Below are positions 1-10,244 of a DNA stretch of 64,000 nt, piece after piece; positions within the stretch are counted from its first letter, which is position 1; each line of letters begins with the position of its first letter. The stretch is from an uncultured Acidobacteriota bacterium. GTDB taxonomy: Bacteria; Acidobacteriota; Terriglobia; Terriglobales; Acidobacteriaceae. The stretch is from the NCBI GenBank assembly GCA_963774515.1, contig CAVZFK010000026.1, forward strand, positions 119,461 through 183,460. Reading direction: 5' to 3'. The notes beneath the pieces were generated by a model that worked only from the letters and a program-made list of their open reading frames with translations, was not told the origin of the DNA and ran no database searches. Both the position numbers and the translations under genes were made by a program.

Positions 1-1407
1 CCCGCAGATCGACTAAGTTTGGGCCTTCGCCATGAGCTGTCACGATTTCAGATTCCCAATGAACTACTACAGCAACAGGCGGGTCAACGGCAGTATGGCG
101 ATAACTTTGAGACGATGGGGACCGTGCATGATCAACACACTTTTTCACCGAACAGTATTGCCACGCTGGCTGGCATGGTCCGCGACAACTCCAACGACCT
201 GACATCCAATGCAGCATCGACACCGATCATCGTGTTTCAGCACAACCATTTCCGGGAAGGCTACTTCAAAGGCACGTTTTCTCTGCATCACGGCAACCAG
301 GAGATGAAAGCCGGTGTTGAGTCCGACAACATTTTTCTTGACGAGAATTTTCACGACATCATCACGGACCCATCGCAGTTTGACCCTGACACTCCTCCAA
401 CCTTCAGCTTCATTGCGAGCCGCCCTGACCTGGAGCAATCCGCTTTCGTCGAGGATCTGGTGCGTCTGGGCAAGTGGACGGTCAGCGCCGGACTTCGCTA
501 TGACCACTACCAACTGCTGCTGAATGAGTTTGCATTTAGTCCGCGGCTTTCCGTGGGGCGTTATTTTTCGGCCGCCAACCTGATGCTGCACGCCTCCTAC
601 GATCGAGTTTTTCAGACACCATCGTTTGAGAATATTCTGCTTTCCAGCTCGCCTGAGGTGGATGCCCTCAGCGATCAATTCTTGCGGCTTCCGGTTCAGC
701 CCTCCCGCGGAAATTATTACGAAGTGGGCATGTCGAAAGCCTTTCTTACCCGCATGCGTCTCGATGCGAATATGTATCGCCGGAATGTGAGTAATTTTGC
801 CGACGACGATCAATTGCTGAACACCGGAATCAGCTATCCGATTGCGTTTGACCATGCGGTCATTTACGGCGCAGAAGGTAAGTTTGAACTGATCCGTCTC
901 GGCAATTTCAGCGGATTCGTCAGCTATTCCTACATGGTAGGGAATGTTTGGCTACCCGTCACCGGCGGCCTTTTTCTTGGCCCGGATGCTAGTGACGCAG
1001 CCAGCCAGCTCTCCGGACACTTTCCCGATTCGCAGGATCAGCGCAACACGGTTCGGACGCGCTTTCGCGATCAGCTATCGCCGCGCTTCTGGATTGCTGT
1101 CGGTGCAGAATACAACTCAGGTTTGCCGTTCGACTATACCGGCACGGAGGCGGATGCGATCGCGCAATATGGTCCAGCGGTGGTCGGGCGTCTAAACTTT
1201 GTTCGCGGCCGTGTAGAGCCCGCAATGCTGTTCGATGCGACCGCCGCGGCGGAGCTTTACCGGAATAAGCGCGTTACGATGAATCTGCAAGCCGACGGGA
1301 CAAACCTGAGCAATCAGCTTGATGTGATCGATTTTGGCGGATTGTTTTCCGGCAACGCCATCGGTCCAGGCCGCAGCTTTAATCTGCGACTGACTACCGC
1401 TTTTTGA
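1..1407 (+). CDS. TonB-dependent outer-membrane receptor, C-terminal beta-barrel portion (5' end lies upstream of the window)
   Basis: Frame 1 is open from nt 1, with no stop before the listed ORF start at 19. The sequence is barrel-like and ends in a terminal aromatic residue (...SFNLRLTTAF*), as in TonB-dependent receptors. Confidence 0.75.
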   Translation, partial: PADRLSLGLRHELSRFQIPNELLQQQAGQRQYGDNFETMGTVHDQHTFSPNSIATLAGMVRDNSNDLTSNAASTPIIVFQHNHFREGYFKGTFSLHHGNQEMKAGVESDNIFLDENFHDIITDPSQFDPDTPPTFSFIASRPDLEQSAFVEDLVRLGKWTVSAGLRYDHYQLLLNEFAFSPRLSVGRYFSAANLMLHASYDRVFQTPSFENILLSSSPEVDALSDQFLRLPVQPSRGNYYEVGMSKAFLTRMRLDANMYRRNVSNFADDDQLLNTGISYPIAFDHAVIYGAEGKFELIRLGNFSGFVSYSYMVGNVWLPVTGGLFLGPDASDAASQLSGHFPDSQDQRNTVRTRFRDQLSPRFWIAVGAEYNSGLPFDYTGTEADAIAQYGPAVVGRLNFVRGRVEPAMLFDATAAAELYRNKRVTMNLQADGTNLSNQLDVIDFGGLFSGNAIGPGRSFNLRLTTAF

Positions 1408-1626
1408 TTGCATGTAAAAAATCTTGCAATCTTAACCGTTAAAGAGAATTATCGTTGCGCATCTGTCGGCGAGCCGACAATCCGGCTCGCCAATCTTGCC
1501 TTATACTTTCTTGCACGGCGCAAGCGTGCAACTCGTTCCTCCGCCTGCTCACCTGCAGTAGCCCCTGCCAAAATACTTTACGCCCTTGCGAAAACACCAA
1601 ACGCCTCATACCTGGACAGAAGATTT

Positions 1627-3873
1627 ATGCGTGACGCAAATATTCTGAGTCTTGTCAGTGACGCCGTTTTTGTCACCACGCTCGACGGCACCATCACATC
1701 GTGGAGCCACGGTGCGGAAAAGCTGTATGGATGGACCGCCGCGGAAGCCATTGGAAAAGATGAACACGAACTGCTCAAGCCGACATTTCCCATTCCCTAC
1801 GATCAGCTTGTTCAACTGCTGTTGCGGCAGGACCATTGGGAGGGAGAGGTTGCGCGTGTTGGTCGCGCGGGAAAATCGATTGAGGTGCTATCCCGCTGGG
1901 TCCTGTTTCGGGATTCGACCGGAGCTCCAATGGCGCGCCTGGTGAGCAGCACCGACGTTACCGATTCGAATTCCATATTCAACGAATTGCGCGTTGCCGA
2001 AGCGGAAGCCACGGCGCGCGCCACTGAACTGAATGCGATTCTCGACGCAATTCCGGCGGCGACATTTATCGCACACGATCGTGCGTGCACCAACATGACA
2101 ACCAGCCGCGCCGCCCAGGAAATGCTTCGACTGCAGGGGGAAGCGAATAGCCCTAAATCTGCGATGGTGGGAGAATCGCCTGCATTTAAGTTATTCAGCG
2201 GAGCGAAAGAGCTTTCAGCGAATGAGCTGCCGATCCAGCAGGCCGCCACGACCGGCCAAGCCGTCCTGAATACCGAGCTGAATATTGCCTTCGATGACGG
2301 AACTTGTCTCGATGTCTTTGGCCACGCCGTCCCGTTGAGAGATGAGACTGGCGAAGTGCGCGGAGCGGTCGGTTCCTTCGTCGACATTACGGAGCTGAAA
2401 CGCGTGCAGCGCGAGCTTCACACCAGCGAATCCCGGTTCCGCCGACTGTGGGAGTCTGACCTGATGGGGATCGGCATCCCAGATCGATTCGGCGGCTTTC
2501 GTGAGAGTAACGATGAGTTTTTGCGCATCGTTGGTTACACGCGAGAAGACATGAAGGCTGGGCGAGTTCGCTGGGACACCATGACTCCGAAAGAGTATGC
2601 GGAATTGGACCAGGCGCACATTGAGGAAGCCGCGCAGCGCGGCAGCTGCACGCCTTATGAGAAGGAGTACATCCGCAAAGACGGCACACGGGTGCCGATC
2701 TTTTGTGGCTATGCATTGCTGGAAGGGTCGCGTGACCAATACATAGGATTCGTGAGGGATATGTCGGCAGAGAAGCGGGCGGAAGCCGCTTTGCGCGAGC
2801 GCGAGCAGCGCTATCGCATCCTGGCCGAGAGCCTGCCGCAATTCGTTTGGGAACGTGACGCGGAAGGAAAGTACATTTATTGCAACCAGCGTTTACTGGA
2901 TTATGTTGGCCGCTCCATCGATTGGTTGAGTGGCGAAGTCTACGAGCTGGTGCATCCGGACGACCAGAAACGAACGAGAGAGCGCTGGAATCACAGCACG
3001 GCCACAGGCGAAATTTACTTGAACGAATACCGTTTGCGACGGCACGACGGAACGTACCGGTATTTTCTGACTCGCGCGTCACCCATACGAGACAAAGAGG
3101 GCCAGATCGAGCGGTGGTTGGGATGCACGATCGACATTCACGACCAAAAGATTGCGGAAGAAGGTGTGCGTCGTTCGGAGAAACTTGCAGCCATGGGCAG
3201 ACTTGCTGCCACCATGGCCCATGAGATCAATAATCCTTTGACAGCCGTCACCAATTCCATTTACCTGGCGCTGCAGGATCCCGCGTTGTCAGACGAGACA
3301 AGACACTTCCTCAACGTGGCCGATCAGGAATTGGCCCGAGCAGTCCAGGTGGCCACGCAGACACTTCGATTCCATAGACAATCGAGCGCTCCCGCGCGGG
3401 TCAACATCACAGACATCATGGATTCGGTTTTTGCGCTGTATGGGCCCAGATTCAGATCGGCATCAATCGTGTTGGAGCGGGAGTATTTGGATCGAGGCGA
3501 GCTATATTGTTTCTCCGACGAACTGCGTCAGGTATTTGCGAATGTGATCAGCAATTCTGTCGATGCGATGGCTCGAGGCGGCCGCTTGCGAGTGCGCGTG
3601 CGGAACGGAAAAAGCTGGAACGGCGCAGAAGCGGCGGGCGTAACGGTTGTGGTGGTGGATACAGGCGATGGAATTCCGCAACATTTGCAGCGCACCATTT
3701 TCGAGCCTTTTGTCACTACCAAAGAAAGTACTGGGACAGGGCTGGGCTTATGGGTTAGTGAAGGAATTGTGAAAAAACACAACGGGCGAATTGCCATGCG
3801 AAGCAGCGTCGACCCGGTACGTCACGGGACAGCGGTTTCCATGTTCTTTCCATTCGATGGCCTTCAGCAGTAG
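1627..3873 (+). CDS. Cytoplasmic multi-PAS sensor histidine kinase
   Basis: Repeated PAS-like blocks are present (e.g. DGTITSWSHGAEKLYGWTAAEAIG, RKDGTRVPI, RRHDGTYRYF). There is a HisKA H-box (MAHEINNPL) and HATPase G-boxes (DTGDGIP, GTGLGLWVSEGIVKKHNGRI). ATG 1627 (MRDANIL) is preferred over the ORF-track start at 1408. Confidence 0.85.
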   Translation: MRDANILSLVSDAVFVTTLDGTITSWSHGAEKLYGWTAAEAIGKDEHELLKPTFPIPYDQLVQLLLRQDHWEGEVARVGRAGKSIEVLSRWVLFRDSTGAPMARLVSSTDVTDSNSIFNELRVAEAEATARATELNAILDAIPAATFIAHDRACTNMTTSRAAQEMLRLQGEANSPKSAMVGESPAFKLFSGAKELSANELPIQQAATTGQAVLNTELNIAFDDGTCLDVFGHAVPLRDETGEVRGAVGSFVDITELKRVQRELHTSESRFRRLWESDLMGIGIPDRFGGFRESNDEFLRIVGYTREDMKAGRVRWDTMTPKEYAELDQAHIEEAAQRGSCTPYEKEYIRKDGTRVPIFCGYALLEGSRDQYIGFVRDMSAEKRAEAALREREQRYRILAESLPQFVWERDAEGKYIYCNQRLLDYVGRSIDWLSGEVYELVHPDDQKRTRERWNHSTATGEIYLNEYRLRRHDGTYRYFLTRASPIRDKEGQIERWLGCTIDIHDQKIAEEGVRRSEKLAAMGRLAATMAHEINNPLTAVTNSIYLALQDPALSDETRHFLNVADQELARAVQVATQTLRFHRQSSAPARVNITDIMDSVFALYGPRFRSASIVLEREYLDRGELYCFSDELRQVFANVISNSVDAMARGGRLRVRVRNGKSWNGAEAAGVTVVVVDTGDGIPQHLQRTIFEPFVTTKESTGTGLGLWVSEGIVKKHNGRIAMRSSVDPVRHGTAVSMFFPFDGLQQ

Positions 3874-3920
3874 CTCGCGCGACCTGCGAAATGGCAGCCG
3901 TCATTCCTTTCCGCAGGGGG

Positions 3921-6900
3921 TTACGCGGGAAAAAGCCGTTCCTGGCGCGATCGATCCGAATGAGAATCCATCCCATGGTCGGTGCGTTCACCGGCCGGAA
4001 TTAACTTCTTACGCGCGGGTACATGGCGAGCGGCACGATTTCGAGTGCGTGGGTGATTGGCCCGCAACTCCGTTTCAGGTGTGGCTGCTGATGTGTCCGA
4101 CTCTGACATTCCGTCGCGATAGGTGACGACGCGCCCGGATATGGCGGATGCCCGCTTTCCGGGAACAATGATGTCGACAAGGTTCATGGGATCAGCGGCT
4201 GCTACGGCGATGATTTCCGCGTTGGTCGCGTCGGCGTTGCGCGTGCGAGCCAGACGCAGCGATTCAACCGCCTCCGGCAACGCATATTGCTCCCCGCTAA
4301 ACCCGCTGACAAATCTTCCGCCGCGCACCTCTCCCCGCGCTTCCAGCCGCCGCAATACTCCCAGCAGTTCTCTCCACTTCGGCATCGTCGTCTCGCGTTT
4401 CAGCAGGTCCCGAAACAGGACTCCATAGCGCCGCAGCAACACCCAGGCTGCCGACTCCATCGCCTGATCGTCGATCCGCGCTTGATGCGAAGCTGCGGCA
4501 TTTAGGATGGCAGCGTTGCGCAGCAAATACCATCGTCCGGCCGCACTACGCACCCGCTTGCCGGGATTTTTCATTCGCTGGACGTAGGCCGACGACTTGC
4601 GCTTGGAATCCATGATCACGCGCAGTTGATCGAACCCGTCCGCCGCGGCCAAGCCGGCTGCAGTCAACTCCCACAGCGCGTGCTCGACCTGCTCTGTCGT
4701 CAGGTCGGTGGTTCGCTGTAGTTCTTCCACGAAGCAGGCGCCACGATCTTCCAGCCGCGTGCGAATTTGTTGCGCTTCCTGGCTCAACGACTGCCGCAGT
4801 TTTGCTTCGTCGACAGATTGGTTTTCCAGTACCGCGTCCAGCCAGAGTGCGCTCTCGCGAATATAAAAGGTGATCGGCGACATTCCTGTGGGGACAACTC
4901 TGCGCGGAGCACCACCCTCTGCCGCGCACCATGCTGGATGTGGCGAAACGCGGCCCCATCCGACCGCTCCAGACAGGCATAATTGATCGAGCCATCGAGG
5001 ATCGTAGCCGGTCACTCGATGCGCCAGGAGCGATTGCTCCCATTCCACCGCAGGGGCTTCAAATCCTTCAAGCTGCGAAAGCACCTGCAGCACACCCTGC
5101 TCCCCGGTGAGTTGTGACTGCGGCGCGAGATGCTGCCAGGCGAGCACCCACTGCATGTAGACGGCGGCGGAGGCCGGCTCAATCTGTTTGCGCAGATTTC
5201 CGATCGTCAGGCGGTGAATGCGCTGCAACAGGCGACGTTCGCACCATTCAATGTCGAAATCAGTGGGGCGCGCAGTTGTTGTGGTGTTTTCAAAGGTCCC
5301 GCGCAGAACCGTTCCCTGCATCTCCAACTCCAACAGCTTATGGAAAATATCTGAAGCAGGCACGGCCAGCATCAACGCCAGTGAATTTGCGGTCACCGGT
5401 CCAAGGATTTGCAGCCATCCCTGAACCAGTTTCATCATCGTATTGTTATAGGTAACTGTATCGGTTACATAATCTCCCTGGGGCCACAGCGATTTGGCCG
5501 CAGCAAGATTTTCTGTCGCTACCCAATGGCCACTGGTGGGTGTACTCACCAGATTGGCGCGACCGGTCTGTTCGAGGCGCTTCAATAAATCTGCCCACGG
5601 GCACATTTCCTGCTGCTGCAGCATAGCCACTGGTAGCGCCACAACTTGAAACAGCAAGTCGTGCATTTCGTGTTCGTCTCGCAGGTCCGGCCAGCATTCC
5701 GAGCGCACAGCCGTAATGGCAGCGGGGTCGAGCTGACCCGCATCTGTCTGCATGCTGGCGGGCAGAGTGCGCCGCATCGAAACAGCACGCGCGCGACGTT
5801 CCTCCAATGGAGCGTCATCCAGAAATGCGTAAGGATTTGCGTTCAATAACTCATGCGCGAACTGGGACGGTGCAGTCGTGTCGATGGCGACACATTGGAT
5901 GGTTCCATCAGCGATCCCTGCGATGACTTGCTTCAGGCCGGCAAGATCCATGGCCTCGCCTAGCACGTCTTTCATGACCTCGCGCACCAAGGGATGATTC
6001 GGGATTTCGCGGTCGCCCTGGATATTTTCAATGCAGGCTGCGACCTGCGGAAATACGCTCGCCAGAAGGTCGTCGGAGCGGGTACGGAGAATCTGCGGTG
6101 CGACCTTCTTTCCCTTTTGAAACCGTAACAGTTGCAAACTGCGTCCCGCGGCCCAGGTCCAGCGCGACTTAAAGATGGGTGAGTCCAGCGCCGCCTGCTC
6201 CAGCAGTTCTTGTACGGTTTGCAGCGTGAGGAATTGGAAAACATCGCTCAGCGGGAAGCTGTGCTGCTCCGCGAGAGAAATGCAAAGGCCGTTATCGGTC
6301 GCGGCGGCCTGCAGCTCAAAATTGAAACCGCGGCAAAAACGCTTGCGCAACGCCAGGCCCCAGGCCTTGTTGATGCGGCCGCCAAAGGGTGCGTGCAAAA
6401 TCAGCTGCATGCCGCCGCCTTCATCAAAGAAGCGCTCGGCAACAATGGTCGTCAGTGATGGAACAGCGCCCAATGCCGCACGACCCGCCGCGATGTAGCC
6501 AATCATCTGCTCCGCGCCGCCATCGCAAACGCCGCACTCCTGTTTTAGCCAAGCCGCAACTTCCGCCACGCCCGCATGAGCTTGCGACACGTGACCGGGC
6601 AGCACTTTCATCGCGCGCGTTGAAATTTCTTCCCGCAGACGCGCCACATAACTGCTCAAAACGTCAGTGCGCTGCGGCGCTTCGCCGGCCCAGAACGGCA
6701 GATTCGGCGGCTGACCATGCGCATCTTCGACAAACACTCGCCCCGTCTCGATCCGCTGAATGCGCCAGCTTGTATTGCCCAGCAGGATCACATCCCCGGC
6801 CGATGAATCGATGGCGAAATGCTCGTCGAGAGTCGCGATCTGCAATCCTTCCGGCTGCATGATGACGGCGTATTGCGCGGTGTCAGGGATCGTCCCGCCG

Positions 6901-8463
6901 TTGCAGACGGCGGCAAGTCTGGCGCCGCGACGAGCATGCAATTCTCCATGCACCGCATCCCGCATGACGAACGCCCCATAGCGGCCGCGACTGGACTCAA
7001 TGCCGCGATGAAGAACCTGGATCAACTCGTCAAACTCATCCCGCGTCAGTTCGCGATACGGATAGGCGCGGCGCAACACGGAGTAAAGCACATCTTCATT
7101 CCAGGATTCAGCGGCGCAGGCAGCGACAATTTGCTGCATCAGAACGTCGAGTGGCTGCGGTGGAATTTCCAGTCGATCCAGATCGCCAGCACGCATCGCC
7201 TGCACCAGCGCGGCGCATTCAATCAAGTCATCGCGGGTGGTGGCGAAAAAACGTCCCATCGGAATTGCGCCTCGCCAGTGGCCTGCGCGGCCAATCCGCT
7301 GCATTCCCGCTGCAACCGCGCGCGTGGATCCCACCTGGCACACAAGATCGATCGCGCCGATATCAATACCCAGTTCGAGCGATGCGGTGGCGACAAGCAA
7401 TTTGATTTCGCCGTTCTTGAGTCGTGTTTCCGCGTCCAGGCGCAGCTTGCGCGAAAGGCTGCCATGATGCGCGGCCACATTCTCCGCGCCGATGCGCTCA
7501 CCGATGGCATGCGAGAGCCGTTCGACCATGCGACGCGTATTCACAAACACCAGCGTCGAACGATGCTCCTGTGCAAGCGCCGCCAGAGCGATCATAGGTC
7601 TCGTCCCACATGGCATTCGTCGTTACTGAACCCAGCTCTTCGCAGGTTGGGACTTCGACCGCAAGATCCATCGTGCGCCTGCGTCCAACCTGAACGATCT
7701 TTGCCGGCTGACGATCTTGCGCGCAGCCCACCAGAAACTGGCCGACAAGCCCAATTGGATTTTGCGTTGCAGATAGTCCAATCCGCTGCGGTGCTTTCAT
7801 TGGTCCCGCTGGGTTGCCGTGCCGAGTCAAACTATTTTCGCCGCACACCAGCGCTTCCAGCCGCTCCAGCGATAACGCCAAATGCGAGCCGCGCTTGTCA
7901 TCCGCGACCGCATGAATTTCATCCACAATCACGGTGCGCACGTGTCGCAGATTTTCGCGGCTGTTTTTTGAGGTCAGCAGAATATACAGCGACTCCGGCG
8001 TCGTGACCAGAATGTGCGGCGGTTTCTTCAGCATGGCCGCGCGTTCTGACGCTAGCGTGTCGCCGGTGCGCACGGCGGTGCGTATCTCGCCATAGAGATA
8101 GCCTCGTTCCAACGCGAGTTGCTGAATCTCCCGCAGCGGCTGATCAAGATTCTTCTGAATATCGTTCGATAGCGCTTTCAGCGGCGAGATGTAGACCACC
8201 TGCGTATAAGGAGAGAGCGTGCCCTCGATTGCCTTGCGCAGCAGTTGGTCGATGCAAACCAGAAACGCGGCCAGGGTTTTACCCGATCCAGTAGGCGCGG
8301 AGATCAGCGTCGGATGACCCGCCTGGATGTGAGGCCAACCCTCAATCTGCGGCTCTGTGGGAGTGCCGAATCGCCCGACAAACCACTCCTGCGTGATCGG
8401 GTGCGCCCAATCGAGACTGGTAGGAATCTCGAGCTCGGCACCGGCCTGAAGCGTCGGGGGCAT
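3921..8463 (-). pseudogene. lhr: Long-form Lhr-type DExH-box DNA helicase (about 1500 codons) interrupted by a single frameshift near 7585-7600
   Basis: ORF 7498..8463 carries Walker A (PTGSGKTLAAF) and a DEIH box. ORF 3921..7616 carries helicase C-terminal motifs (HHGSLSRKLR, LLVATASLELGIDIG, RIGRAGH) plus a long Lhr-type C-terminal region. The two ORFs overlap in different frames. The junction reads ...NAMWDETYDR in one frame and IALAALAQEHRSTLVFVNTRR in the other. Confidence 0.8.
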
Positions 8464-8625
8464 GTTGAGGATTGTACCGGATCGATTCGTTTTTTATTCG
8501 CCGCAAAGCACGCAACGAATCCTCGGGCACAACAAGGCGGCAGAGATATATTGAATGCACGCCTGGCCCCTTAAGCGCAAGCTCGTCTCGGGCTCATTCA
8601 CCCAGTCGACGCATCTTAATGAGAG

Positions 8626-9276
8626 ATGACGCCGGTCGCTCAAAAACAGTTTTCTGCGCTCCCGTTTATTCCTGATAGCCATAGCCTGGCTACACTGCGA
8701 AAGGCTGCGCGGGATTGCGAAGGTTGCCCACTGTTCGAGCGGGCCACGCAAACGGTTTTCGGCGAAGGCGCAGCCCACGCGGCAATCCTTTTCGTTGGTG
8801 AGCAGCCAGGTGACCAGGAAGACATTTCCGGCAAGCCCTTTGTTGGGCCGGCCGGAAAATTATTGGACAAATGCCTCGAAGCAGCCGGCATTGAACGCAA
8901 GCAAACCTACGTCACTAATATGGTGAAGCATTTCAAGTGGGAACCGCGGGGAAAACGTCGCATCCACGAAAAGCCAAACCAGATGGAAATTTCTGCATGC
9001 AAGCCGTGGCTTCAACGCGAGATCGAAGCGGTACAGCCAAAGCTGATCGTCGCGCTAGGAGCGACAGCCGCACAAGGATTATTGGGATCGTCGTTTCGCG
9101 TAACCAGGCAGCGCGGCACGGTCATGCGAATCGAGGGCTATCCGCCAATCCTGGCGACAGTGCACCCATCATCCTTACTACGACAAATCACCGATGAAGA
9201 TCGCGAACGAGAAACGGCGCGTTTTATTGCGGACCTGAAGAAGTGCGCGGAATTTATCTCGAGCCAAGCTGGCTAA
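8626..9276 (+). CDS. udgX: Family-4 uracil-DNA glycosylase of the UdgX type
   Basis: Motif A is GEQPGDQED. The extended loop VKHFKWEPRGKRRIHEKP contains the KRRIH signature, and motif B is ATVHPSSLLR. N-terminal cysteines (CEGC) are as in Fe-S family-4 UDGs. The overall layout matches my recollection of Mycobacterium smegmatis UdgX. Confidence 0.85.
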   Translation: MTPVAQKQFSALPFIPDSHSLATLRKAARDCEGCPLFERATQTVFGEGAAHAAILFVGEQPGDQEDISGKPFVGPAGKLLDKCLEAAGIERKQTYVTNMVKHFKWEPRGKRRIHEKPNQMEISACKPWLQREIEAVQPKLIVALGATAAQGLLGSSFRVTRQRGTVMRIEGYPPILATVHPSSLLRQITDEDRERETARFIADLKKCAEFISSQAG

Positions 9277-9285
9277 AAAGTACGA

Positions 9286-10038
9286 TCAGTCGCGGCTCCG
9301 GACCTTCGCCAGCAGGTTCAGTATCTCGATATACAGCCACACCAGCGTGACCATGATCCCAAACGCACCGTACCACTCCATATATTTAGGTGCCTGGGCA
9401 CGAACACCGCTCTCGATGAAATCGAAATCCAGCACAAGGTTCAACGCGGCAATGATGACAACAACCACGCTGAATCCAATGCCAATCAACCCGTTGCCGT
9501 TGATGGAAGCGAAATGAATCCCGAAAAATCCCAGCACAATTTCTGCGATATAAAGCAGCATGATCGCGCCGGTGGCGGCCACTATGCCCAGACGAAATTT
9601 CTGCGTGACGGGAATCAAGCCGGAGCGATACGCCAGCAATAAAATCAGCAGCGTTCCAAAGGTGAGACCCACCGATTGCATGGCGATTCCCGGATAGCGC
9701 AGCTCGAGAACCGCGGAAATACTGCCTAGCGCCAGCCCTTCCAGCAAGGAGTAGACGGGAGCTGTCACAGGGGCCCAGGTCTTTTTGAAAATCGTGATCA
9801 TCGCGAATACAAGGCCGCCGAGCAGGCCGATCCACATAAGCGGAAGCACGCTCGCAGCCGAACGGGTCTGCATAAATACGTGCCACGCCCAAGCCGCGGA
9901 CGCACCCGCGCAAATCAGCAGAATGCCGGTTTTGTTTACCGTGCCGTCCAGCGTCATGGATTCGCCAAGGGCAGCATGCTCGCCTTGAAATATCTGAGAA
10001 TTCAATGCGGGATTCGAAGTCTTCATGAGTTGCGCCAT
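9286..10038 (-). CDS. Bax-inhibitor-1-like (BaxI_1/YccA-related) polytopic membrane protein
   Basis: The N-terminus MAQLMKTSNPAL...MTLDGTVNKTG is followed by about 6-7 hydrophobic helices. An SD-like GGGGAGA lies upstream of ATG 10038. Confidence 0.65.
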   Translation of the reverse strand: MAQLMKTSNPALNSQIFQGEHAALGESMTLDGTVNKTGILLICAGASAAWAWHVFMQTRSAASVLPLMWIGLLGGLVFAMITIFKKTWAPVTAPVYSLLEGLALGSISAVLELRYPGIAMQSVGLTFGTLLILLLAYRSGLIPVTQKFRLGIVAATGAIMLLYIAEIVLGFFGIHFASINGNGLIGIGFSVVVVIIAALNLVLDFDFIESGVRAQAPKYMEWYGAFGIMVTLVWLYIEILNLLAKVRSRD

Positions 10039-10244
10039 AGTTCTCCCCTACTGCTACCATTCGTACCACGTGGCGATTGTTGCATGCATCCCACGCGGCC
10101 GCAGGATTGCCGCAATAAAGACAAGTCTCAACAAATCGCTGCGGATGCAGATGCGCCAAGGCGCAGATCGAAGTCGTATCATGGCTCATTGCGTGCAGTT
10201 CAGACTTTTCTGAAGGACCCCTCAACGTGATTCGAAAAACGAAG

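Noticed and set aside
7585-7600. Programmed ribosomal frameshifting as an explanation for the split lhr and the other split genes.
   Set aside because: There is no slippery heptamer or downstream structure at the junctions I examined. Many genes also need several shifts in both directions, which is incompatible with programmed recoding.
8485-8499. Direct repeat ATTC-N7-ATTC in the lhr/udgX divergent region. It resembles the GTTC-N7-GTTC LexA box reported for Acidobacterium and Alphaproteobacteria. An 8-bp inverted repeat GATTCGTT...AACGAATC (about 8484-8521) is also present.
   Set aside because: Both half-sites differ from the consensus at the first position and there is no second supporting site. 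It would be attractive given the DNA-repair neighbours, but it is not supportable from sequence alone.
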